Shown here one piece after another: positions 9,458 to 17,228 of a stretch of DNA of 35,313 bases. The notes beneath the pieces are model-generated. The model was not told where the DNA came from and made no database searches. It was given only the letters and a program-made list of their open reading frames with translations. Position 1 is the stretch's first letter. Each line of letters opens with the position of its first letter. This DNA is from a virus (lineage: Duplodnaviria; Caudoviricetes): IMG/VR virus record IMGVR_UViG_3300050026_000116, positions 1-35,313 of that record. The stretch is one strand, 5' to 3'. A program made the translations under genes and the position numbers.

Positions 9458-9491
9458 GCGTGGGGGTCATTAAATGACCTCCACGCTTTTT
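9458..9491 (+). terminator. Intrinsic terminator after the capsid operon, built around palindrome copy 2
   Basis: GCGTGGGGGTCATT-A-AATGACCTCCACGC (14-nt arms, one G-U pair) followed by TTTTT. Confidence 0.8.
9466..9478. promoter_or_regulatory. 13-bp palindrome GTCATTWAATGAC, copy 2
   Basis: GTCATTAAATGAC, 16 nt upstream of ATG 9495. Confidence 0.85.
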
Positions 9492-9494
9492 AAT

Positions 9495-10220
9495 ATGCCT
9501 AATCTTAATACTCAATCAAACTTAGCAACGGCAATAGCCGGGTTTATGCACCGTGATGCTAAGGTGTTTTTACGTGATGGGTTTGACTTGCTTTTGCAGT
9601 CGTGTAATAATGCTCGGTTATACGCTGAAAGAATGGTTGACTTTGAGTATGCAATAGCTAATGTCACTATTCCGGCGGTTGATTTACATAATGGTGCGTC
9701 ATTGTCAACAGCGGTGCTCACAGGAACAACGACCCCGGCGAATGTAAAAAAGATAATGACTCCGTGGCTTGGGGAGATTGGCGGAACACAATTTCCTGTT
9801 GATTTAGTGGATAAGCGAACGTGGAACGACCGCTTGAAGCGCCGTTATGAAGGCGCTCGGCCAAAACACACGGCTGATTATGCGTTTATTACGGATTCGC
9901 CGTTTGTGTGTGTGCAAACAGGTAATACTATTTTCGTGGCTCCGGCAGATAACAAAGCATTAGGTGGAACGTTCCCGATTTTTCTGGATGCGTGGTTATG
10001 GCTGCCACCATACGTCGACGGCACAGAAACAGACTTTCTACTTGCTAATTGTTTTGATTGGATGCTTTATAGATGTATTTATGAGTTAAACTTTTTTCTA
10101 AAAGAAGACGAACGAGTAATGCTTTCAACACGTCTTATGGAAAACTCTTGGGACGCGTTGGTGAAGTGGAACAATGAACTAATAAAAGCGGCGGCAGATA
10201 GCGTCGCAGACATGGACTAA
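9495..10220 (+). CDS. Head-tail adaptor / tail tubular protein A-like
   Basis: Size and synteny; motifs IFVAP and ETDFLLANCFDWMLY..IYEL..FLKEDER. Start moved out of the terminator to 9495. Confidence 0.7.
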   Translation: MPNLNTQSNLATAIAGFMHRDAKVFLRDGFDLLLQSCNNARLYAERMVDFEYAIANVTIPAVDLHNGASLSTAVLTGTTTPANVKKIMTPWLGEIGGTQFPVDLVDKRTWNDRLKRRYEGARPKHTADYAFITDSPFVCVQTGNTIFVAPADNKALGGTFPIFLDAWLWLPPYVDGTETDFLLANCFDWMLYRCIYELNFFLKEDERVMLSTRLMENSWDALVKWNNELIKAAADSVADMD

Positions 10221-10221
10221 T

Positions 10222-11736
10222 ATGCCTTATGATAGAATAACACCGGCGACATTAGCAAACTTAGGTGCAGTTGCAACTTTGCCACTTGACACCGAAGACT
10301 CGAATGTTCTTGGTGCAGTTGATAGACAAACAAGGGAGTTTATTTACGACTTTCTTAGTAGCGTTTTTGATGCAAATGGTGATTTGCTTGCTACATCGAT
10401 AAATGTAGCTACAACGTTGGCTGGTGCAGTAAATGGATCTACTGCTAATACCGCCGGTGTTCAGCAACAAATAGTTCAAGGCACAGTAAGCACTCCTGAT
10501 ATTCGCGTAGCAGCAATTACGTCAGCGTTGATTGCGGCAGGTGCAGTTACAACTGGGTGTTTAGCTGATGGTTCAGTTACTACTGCAAAACTTGCAGCGT
10601 TGGCGGTTACTTCTGCGCAAATAGCGAACGCTACTATCACAGAAGCACAGATGGCTGCTTCGTCTATAGGCTCAGCAGAGTTAATCAATTCGTGTGTCAC
10701 AGCTATTAAAATCGCGGATGGAGTTGTTGGCACTACACAATTAGCTGCATTGTCTGTAACCGCGGCTAAAATAGCAAACAGCACAATAACCGAGGCACAA
10801 ATGGCCCCTTTGTCAGTTGGAACCACTGAGTTGATTGCGTTGAGTGTAACAACCGCGAAGCTGGCGTTGGGTGCTGTGACAGCAGCACAGATAGCCGCCG
10901 CGACTATCACAGCGGCGAATATGGCTCCGTTGTCTGTTGGTGCATCACAGTTAGTTCTAGCTTGTGTAACTGCCGCACAAATAGCTAATACAACAATCAC
11001 CGAGGCACAAATGGCTTTGTTGTCTGTTGGAACACCTGAGCTTATAGCGAAGTGCGTGACCACAGCGAAGATTAACGACGGTGCAGTTGGTGCTACACAA
11101 CTTGGTGCTAATGTGGTTGGTGTTGGACAACTAGCGCCGGGCACAGCGGCGGGGCAATTATTGGTATCAGGCACTACGTCACCGTTTAACTTAGCGTTGG
11201 TTAAACCCTCTGGGGACATTACAATGGACGGCACAGGTTTGTTTACTTTAACAGGTAAAGGTATCGCTGTTTTGCAAGAACAGCCGTCGAATGGTGTGGC
11301 TGGTGGGGCAGGTGTAGCTAACACATGGAATGTTCGTGGGGTTACTAACCCATATACAAAAATTGTGGACACAGCTACACCTACTTTTATTACTAGTGTG
11401 ACTAGTGGAAAGATTGTTTTAACTCCTGGTTCTTACCTTTTTGATGGTAGTGCACCGGCGTATGCAGTTGTTGGTCACCAAACAAGAATCAATCACTTCA
11501 ATTCCACGGGGTCTATTGCAGTGTTACATGGAACCACTGAAAATAGTCCGGTAGCAGCCGCCGTTATGACTAAGTCAGTGTTCACTGGTGTAGTAGTAAT
11601 AGCCGCTGGTGATTATGTTCAAATTGAACATTTTATTAACACGCATACTAACGCAAACGATTTTGGTATAGCAGCTGCGGCGGCTGGCTCAGTTTATGAA
11701 GTCTATGCACAAATCCGAATCGAGAAACTAAGTTAA
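10222..11736 (+). CDS. Tail fibre-like protein with decapeptide repeats and a C-terminal beta domain
   Basis: About 22 in-register 10-aa repeats (VTTAKLAxxA type); C-terminal domain with LTPGSYL...AGDYVQIEH. Confidence 0.8.
   Translation: MPYDRITPATLANLGAVATLPLDTEDSNVLGAVDRQTREFIYDFLSSVFDANGDLLATSINVATTLAGAVNGSTANTAGVQQQIVQGTVSTPDIRVAAITSALIAAGAVTTGCLADGSVTTAKLAALAVTSAQIANATITEAQMAASSIGSAELINSCVTAIKIADGVVGTTQLAALSVTAAKIANSTITEAQMAPLSVGTTELIALSVTTAKLALGAVTAAQIAAATITAANMAPLSVGASQLVLACVTAAQIANTTITEAQMALLSVGTPELIAKCVTTAKINDGAVGATQLGANVVGVGQLAPGTAAGQLLVSGTTSPFNLALVKPSGDITMDGTGLFTLTGKGIAVLQEQPSNGVAGGAGVANTWNVRGVTNPYTKIVDTATPTFITSVTSGKIVLTPGSYLFDGSAPAYAVVGHQTRINHFNSTGSIAVLHGTTENSPVAAAVMTKSVFTGVVVIAAGDYVQIEHFINTHTNANDFGIAAAAAGSVYEVYAQIRIEKLS
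10462..11136 (+). repeat. Coding 30-nt (10-aa) tandem repeat array
   Basis: Residues 81-305 stay in 10-aa register without indels. The higher-order unit IANxTITEAQMA recurs three times. Confidence 0.9.
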
Positions 11737-11739
11737 AAT

Positions 11740-11976
11740 ATGATACTAAACATTGTAGAAACATCCAATATGCCGCCGTCTTTGACGGTAGCACAACTGA
11801 GAGACATACTAGGAATGGTAGTGGGCGGTGGTCTTTCAATCGTATTTGCCGGTGCGAAGGGGGCGACGCCGACAACATCACCAACTGTGGCAGGGCAATA
11901 TGCCATTAACCAATCCACAAATGAATTATGGTTCGTCAATAGTTCACTCGCGTGGCAACAAATCATCAAAGTGTAA
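11740..11976 (+). CDS. Small tail-region hypothetical protein
   Basis: 78 aa; PT..PT..GQYAINQSTNELW..W resembles fibre-associated beta modules. Confidence 0.65.
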   Translation: MILNIVETSNMPPSLTVAQLRDILGMVVGGGLSIVFAGAKGATPTTSPTVAGQYAINQSTNELWFVNSSLAWQQIIKV

Positions 11977-11977
11977 T

Positions 11978-12244
11978 ATGAAAAAAATACTTATCTGTGT
12001 TGGTGTAGTCGTTGGCGTTAGTTTACTATTGCTTGCACAGCCTCCTGCGGCGTCTATCTCAGGTTCGTTGACGCTTACTAACGACGGCGTCAATGTTTAC
12101 GTCTCCACCAACCTTCCTGTGGCGTTATCAACAAACTCCATCACACCTCCAACAGCTATCGCCAACTACGGTATACTGTGGAACTCTAACAGCGCTTTGT
12201 ATTGGGTTACAACCTCACACACAAACAGACTTAGCGCACCTTAA
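11978..12244 (+). CDS. Small signal-peptide-bearing protein within the tail operon
   Basis: ATG 11978: MKKILICVGVVVGVSLLLLAQ...; Thr-Asn-rich mature part; abuts both neighbours. Confidence 0.7.
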   Translation: MKKILICVGVVVGVSLLLLAQPPAASISGSLTLTNDGVNVYVSTNLPVALSTNSITPPTAIANYGILWNSNSALYWVTTSHTNRLSAP

Positions 12245-13678
12245 ATGGCCACTACTCGACAGTTTATCCTCCATGAGAACGTCATAGGAGGGATGGATTC
12301 AACGACGCCAGCGCATCTTATAGGTGAAAAATGGCGGAGTCAGCACAACTTTAGGCTGACTCCGACGTTACAACAAGTGCCTAAAAAGGTGCAGTTGACG
12401 GCTCCAACAGGTACACCTATTACGTTTATAGGTTATATTCCTTCTTTTGTGTCTGGTTATGGGCAGCAAGTTATTTTGACATCTCCAACCCGTGCGCAGC
12501 GTTGGTCAACTGCACTTTACAACGGAACGCTTTACACTAGCTTATCAAGTTATATCACAATCTGGTATGACCATTTTGTAAAAGCAGCGGTTAATACAGT
12601 GCAGATAAGCGACTTGTATGATTTTACAAACTTTACTCCTGACGCCACAAACGAAGCAGATTATTACGACTTAGTTGAATGGCAACAGCCAGATTATTTG
12701 TATAGTGGTATCACTGGAGTGGGTAAGTTAGGTAGCACACTTTGGATTTACACACCCACTGCTATTATCCCTATTCAGTATATAGGCTTGCCAAAGGTGA
12801 TACAGGTTGTGGAATCTGGTGTAATTACTCGAATAGGAAATTCGTTTCCGTGGACGTTAGTTTGCTTGGGTAATGTGCACTTTTTTTATGAAGCATACGA
12901 GAGCATGTTTTTTGCTTTTAACGGGGGTGGTGCACCAGAAGCTATTGGTGAACCAGTGAGGGAATTTATCCAACAGAATCTTAACCCCGACCCGACATTA
13001 GCAAAGTTAATGTATGGGTATATTGATGTCGACAATCGAGAAATTTGGTGGCCTTTTGTGTCAAAGAACTCTACAGGCACGTATGATTTAGCTGTGGTTT
13101 TTAATTATCGTTACAAACGCTGGTTCACTGCATCAGTTGAAGATGTTACGTGTTTCTGCGGTCGTGGGTTTGAAACACAACCAATCGAAGATTTGAGTGG
13201 AACTATTGATGGTTTGATTGGGCCGATAGACCATTTGAGTTTATCCCCGGCAGAAACACCTCGGCTATTTGGAACAGGGGTTGGACAGACCTTACGTGAG
13301 GAATTATCGACAGATAGTAGTTCATCTTTACTTCCTACTGATGATCCAGTATTAGAAAGTGGTGATTTTCATTATGGAGATATACGCACTCAAAAAGAAA
13401 ACGATGCTATGGTGCTAAATGCGTGGTGGGAGCAAATAGATTTTGATAAGCCGTTAGTGGAGATTCGCGTAGCCACAAGAAACTATCTAGGTGAAGGTGT
13501 AAAATGGAGCGACGATCCAGTTGCTACTTGGACACCAGACATCCAAGATTCAATTGCAACTTACGAAGCAGTTAATGGCCGTATTTTACGCTATAAATTT
13601 ACATTCAAAAACACTCGGCAAGCTGTGTTATCCGCGTATAGTGATGTTGTTTTGGTTAAACTTAAAGCTGAGAAATGA
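12245..13678 (+). CDS. Tail nozzle / stabilisation protein (tubular B, P22 gp10-like)
   Basis: Beta-propeller-like composition, N-terminal GGMDS, REIWW..YNYRYKRW; synteny before GNAT and ejection genes. Confidence 0.72.
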   Translation: MATTRQFILHENVIGGMDSTTPAHLIGEKWRSQHNFRLTPTLQQVPKKVQLTAPTGTPITFIGYIPSFVSGYGQQVILTSPTRAQRWSTALYNGTLYTSLSSYITIWYDHFVKAAVNTVQISDLYDFTNFTPDATNEADYYDLVEWQQPDYLYSGITGVGKLGSTLWIYTPTAIIPIQYIGLPKVIQVVESGVITRIGNSFPWTLVCLGNVHFFYEAYESMFFAFNGGGAPEAIGEPVREFIQQNLNPDPTLAKLMYGYIDVDNREIWWPFVSKNSTGTYDLAVVFNYRYKRWFTASVEDVTCFCGRGFETQPIEDLSGTIDGLIGPIDHLSLSPAETPRLFGTGVGQTLREELSTDSSSSLLPTDDPVLESGDFHYGDIRTQKENDAMVLNAWWEQIDFDKPLVEIRVATRNYLGEGVKWSDDPVATWTPDIQDSIATYEAVNGRILRYKFTFKNTRQAVLSAYSDVVLVKLKAEK

Positions 13679-13947
13679 ACTTTATACAACATTTGGAATG
13701 TCTTACAATACCGCATTTGTCTCTTTTTGATGAAGAAGCAAAGAAGTTTGAACAGCCCTCTAAACAATTAAAAGGGGCTGGTAATAACTTAATAACTCCT
13801 CGCACTAAAGCTACAGATGGATTGGGTAATGGAGGTGCTTTGTATCTACCAACCTTTATACAAGGCCGTAATACACCTCAACGTGGTTCGCTTTACGTTA
13901 CACCCATGCAAGGTGGAAGAAACCAAAGAAGTAATGATAACGATTGA
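13675..13947 (+). CDS. Hypothetical protein
   Basis: 90 aa; ATGA-coupled to the nozzle gene; overlaps the next start. Confidence 0.6.
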   Translation: MNFIQHLECLTIPHLSLFDEEAKKFEQPSKQLKGAGNNLITPRTKATDGLGNGGALYLPTFIQGRNTPQRGSLYVTPMQGGRNQRSNDND

Positions 13948-14341
13948 ACAGGTGAAAGACGTTAACGAGATTATATCAAAGTGGCGTAGATTAGCTATGT
14001 TAACTGATAATGACCTCGTTAATAATCTTGAGGAAGTTTTACAGATGTATCTACACTGTTTAACTAATGGTGCTGTGTTTTTTGTCTATGGTGCTTCGGG
14101 GTTGATGGGAACTTGTTGCTTAGAATGTTGGCCGGAGTTTGTTAATTTACTATCTTTGCCTAAAGACAATGGTGTAGGGATGGCTAAGAAGTGTATAGAC
14201 GTCGTCAAAACCTGGGCAAAAGAAAATGGATACAGTGAGGTTAGAGTAATGTCCACTAAACTTAATGGTTCGTCGTTTCGCTATTTTGAAAAATCGTTAG
14301 GTTTTCGTCGACATGCAATAACATTCAAATTGAATTTTTAA
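13934..14341 (+). CDS. GNAT-fold acetyltransferase-like virion-region protein
   Basis: KDNGVGMAKKCIDVVKTWAKENGYSEV...RYFEKSLGF fits GNAT motifs A/B; occupies the T7 gp13-like position. Start moved to 13934. Confidence 0.75.
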   Translation: MITIEQVKDVNEIISKWRRLAMLTDNDLVNNLEEVLQMYLHCLTNGAVFFVYGASGLMGTCCLECWPEFVNLLSLPKDNGVGMAKKCIDVVKTWAKENGYSEVRVMSTKLNGSSFRYFEKSLGFRRHAITFKLNF

Positions 14342-14342
14342 T

Positions 14343-15335
14343 ATGCAAATACAACTACCTTCAATGTTTCGTTCAGGCTTGGGTTATGAAGTATCTAAGT
14401 TTGAGTCGCCGTTAATAATCCGTCCAGAAGTCTTTTGCCAAGCAGAGATTAGTATATACGATTATTACGGGAATTACTTAGGTGAGTATGATCCTAGTTC
14501 TGGGGGCACTGGTATAGGTGATGGTGCCACTGTTGGTGATCAGTCTAATAGCTCGTTTGGCGGTACTGGGGGAACCCCGACGGTTAATGTCGACGCGATG
14601 GATACGTCGTTTTTTAGAAGTGGCGTTACAAATCAACAACGACAACCTTCAGGGGATTGGCCAACGAGTAATGTTACTTTAGCACTTAGTGATTGGTTGG
14701 TGACACAACCAGAAGTGACTAGTGAACAAACAGCCCTAAACGCCTTGCTGAAACAATCAAGCACGGTGTTTGATACAAAGGCGTTTTTGAGTAGTGTTTT
14801 AGGCTTGCCGCAGTCTGCTTTAGCTACGGTTAATTTATCGGATATTTATACACTTAATCCGTTCGGTAACACGTATGAAGTTAATACTTTAGCTTTGTAT
14901 ACAAGACAATATCTTATTGCACGAGCGGCCGCACAAAGTGGGCCTACTAATGTTCGTGGTGGAACTGCTCGTCAAGGCTTTGAATTAGCTGAGTTAGATA
15001 CTCTGATGGCAATAAACCAATTTCGTGAGATTTGGCAGAATCAAGTTAAGGTGGCACAAGTGGTTGTTGAGGCAGCTAGTGCTGCTGACGCAGCGTGGGA
15101 ACAGTTGATAAAACTTCAACTAGAAGCCCAAAAACAGCAAGCGGCGACTGAACAAGGTTTGGTTATGCAAACTTTAGCCGCGGCTGAACAACTTACAAAA
15201 GACAAAGAGGTTTATTTACGTGCTATTTCGTTGCAAGCTGAGGCGAATGGGTATATGGTTACAACAGAAAACCTTACTGGGAACGGCTTTCAAGGTGGAA
15301 CTAACACTGGTTTTGGTATGTCAACTTGGAGATAA
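14343..15335 (+). CDS. Putative internal virion / DNA ejection protein
   Basis: Gly-rich N-terminus and Ala/Gln-rich helical core; synteny. Confidence 0.6.
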   Translation: MQIQLPSMFRSGLGYEVSKFESPLIIRPEVFCQAEISIYDYYGNYLGEYDPSSGGTGIGDGATVGDQSNSSFGGTGGTPTVNVDAMDTSFFRSGVTNQQRQPSGDWPTSNVTLALSDWLVTQPEVTSEQTALNALLKQSSTVFDTKAFLSSVLGLPQSALATVNLSDIYTLNPFGNTYEVNTLALYTRQYLIARAAAQSGPTNVRGGTARQGFELAELDTLMAINQFREIWQNQVKVAQVVVEAASAADAAWEQLIKLQLEAQKQQAATEQGLVMQTLAAAEQLTKDKEVYLRAISLQAEANGYMVTTENLTGNGFQGGTNTGFGMSTWR

Positions 15336-15339
15336 ATTT

Positions 15340-17202
15340 ATGCCGAATACGAATATAACAACAAACAGTTTTTCTAATAGTGATCTTTCTTCACGGTTAA
15401 GTCAACGTCCTAAAAAACGTGGTATTTGGGATGTGAATAACGCTGGTTCAAAGCAGCCAGACATGACAGATTATATGTCAAAAGGGTTTCCACGTGTCGC
15501 TGCTCAAGTAACAAATCCTCTGGGGGGAGTAAGTGAACAACCTCCTACGCCGTTACCGAAGGAGTTTCAAAATATATCAAAAAATAATATATTTGATTCT
15601 ACACGTGGTGGGGTAGAACCTACACCAGCACCAACGCCTTCGCCGTCCGCGCCGCCAGCAGCACCAATTAAGTCTCCACAACCAGCAACTAATCCGTTAT
15701 TTAAGTGGATGCCACAAACAGATACTACTCAAAATCAACCAACAGCTTCGACGTCTCCTGTTGAACCACTTGATGCTTTTCTTTCTCGTATGGGAGGTGC
15801 TGTTAATACCGGCGTTCAAAAAACTCAACCACATGGTGGTGGTTTTGGAAATATGGATGCGTTATCTATGCGAGCCGCGGGTGGACAAGCAGGACTTGGT
15901 GGTGGTGCGGGGTTTGGTAGTTCTGGCTCACCTGAAATGAATAATTTTCTTAATAAAACATTGGGTTTTGGTGGATTACAACGCACTATAGGACAAGCAC
16001 AATCTGGTAGTGCGATGGGTAATAGCCTTGCGTTACGTAGAGCGAATGATGAGTCTATGGATTCGCAGATGCGTAGACTGGCACAAGGAGAAGATATTGG
16101 TGCACAGCGCGTTAGAGAACGTGGCGAAATGCAAAAACAATGGGAGGATCAGCAAAGGTTTCCGTTAAACCAGGCACAGCAACAAGAAAGTAACAGAGAA
16201 CAACCGTGGAAGTTTGCTGAAGATATGGTGCAAAGTGAACAAAATCGTAACGAACAAGCGGGAGGTTTTGACTTAGCGCAAAGAACTGGAGAAGAAAATC
16301 TAAAGGAACTACCGATGAAGTTCCAGTTAGACCTAGCAGATAAGCTATCTAAGATAACAGGTATTCCACGTGAGACTGCACTTGATATGTTGCCGTATTT
16401 GTATTCATTACCTCCAGCGGCGAGGACGCAGATTTTAAATACGTTGATGCCGGGAATGGATACTGGTGATATGAGTGGGAATGGTAGTGCTACAGCACCC
16501 CCCGAACAACAACCAACAGAGAAAGCTAGTTTTTTGCAGTCAGCTTTGCATGGAGGTATACCAGCACTGACTAGTGGTGCTGGTTGGGCAGGTGCGGCTG
16601 CTTTAGCGCCTGAGACTGGAGCGGCTAGTTTTATAGTGCCATTTGTTGCGTCGTTGTTATCAGCGTGGTTGGGCGGAAAGGCAGTGAATGCAGTTGATCC
16701 TAGTTTTTCACAGAAAGAACCAAATCCTTATGGTGAAGGACTTGGAAGCATTGCTGGTGCCTTTGCGGGGTATAAAGGCACTAAAGCGTTAATGCCGGGT
16801 AAAACACCAGCAACGAAGCCGACTACATCAGCAAAAACTACAAAACCTGGTGAAGGTCAATGGAAAGATTACGGAACACAAGCATCAAAACCTACTCCGC
16901 CCGACATGACTTTGAAGGGTAATCCTGACATACAAGATGCCTTGAATAAGTCAGGGCTTAGAAACGCCGCTAGAGTACCAAAACAGCTTGGAATGGGTGC
17001 GGGTAATTTTCAAATGTATCCTGGACAGGTGAGACCACCGCCACAAGGTATAGGTGAAATGGAACAGATGCAACTTCCGCAAGGTAGTATATCACCGTTG
17101 GCATTACCCGGACCACAAACAGACCCATCAAAGCTGCTTCCATCGCCAGACCTTAATTTACAGATGTTAGAGCTGCTTTACAAACTCCAGCAAGCTCAAT
17201 AG
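15340..17202 (+). CDS. Putative internal virion / DNA ejection protein
   Basis: Pro/Gln/Gly-rich disordered regions plus Gly/Ala-rich hydrophobic helices. Start moved to ATG 15340. Confidence 0.62.
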   Translation: MPNTNITTNSFSNSDLSSRLSQRPKKRGIWDVNNAGSKQPDMTDYMSKGFPRVAAQVTNPLGGVSEQPPTPLPKEFQNISKNNIFDSTRGGVEPTPAPTPSPSAPPAAPIKSPQPATNPLFKWMPQTDTTQNQPTASTSPVEPLDAFLSRMGGAVNTGVQKTQPHGGGFGNMDALSMRAAGGQAGLGGGAGFGSSGSPEMNNFLNKTLGFGGLQRTIGQAQSGSAMGNSLALRRANDESMDSQMRRLAQGEDIGAQRVRERGEMQKQWEDQQRFPLNQAQQQESNREQPWKFAEDMVQSEQNRNEQAGGFDLAQRTGEENLKELPMKFQLDLADKLSKITGIPRETALDMLPYLYSLPPAARTQILNTLMPGMDTGDMSGNGSATAPPEQQPTEKASFLQSALHGGIPALTSGAGWAGAAALAPETGAASFIVPFVASLLSAWLGGKAVNAVDPSFSQKEPNPYGEGLGSIAGAFAGYKGTKALMPGKTPATKPTTSAKTTKPGEGQWKDYGTQASKPTPPDMTLKGNPDIQDALNKSGLRNAARVPKQLGMGAGNFQMYPGQVRPPPQGIGEMEQMQLPQGSISPLALPGPQTDPSKLLPSPDLNLQMLELLYKLQQAQ

Positions 17203-17207
17203 TCCAT

Positions 17208-17220
17208 GTCATTTAATGAC
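17208..17220. promoter_or_regulatory. 13-bp palindrome GTCATTWAATGAC, copy 3
   Basis: GTCATTTAATGAC, 8 nt upstream of ATG 17229. Confidence 0.85.
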
Positions 17221-17228
17221 CTGCACAT

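Noticed and set aside
10476-11372. 298-aa minus-strand ORF
   Set aside because: Antisense shadow of the Ala/Thr/Val repeat fibre; no independent signal.
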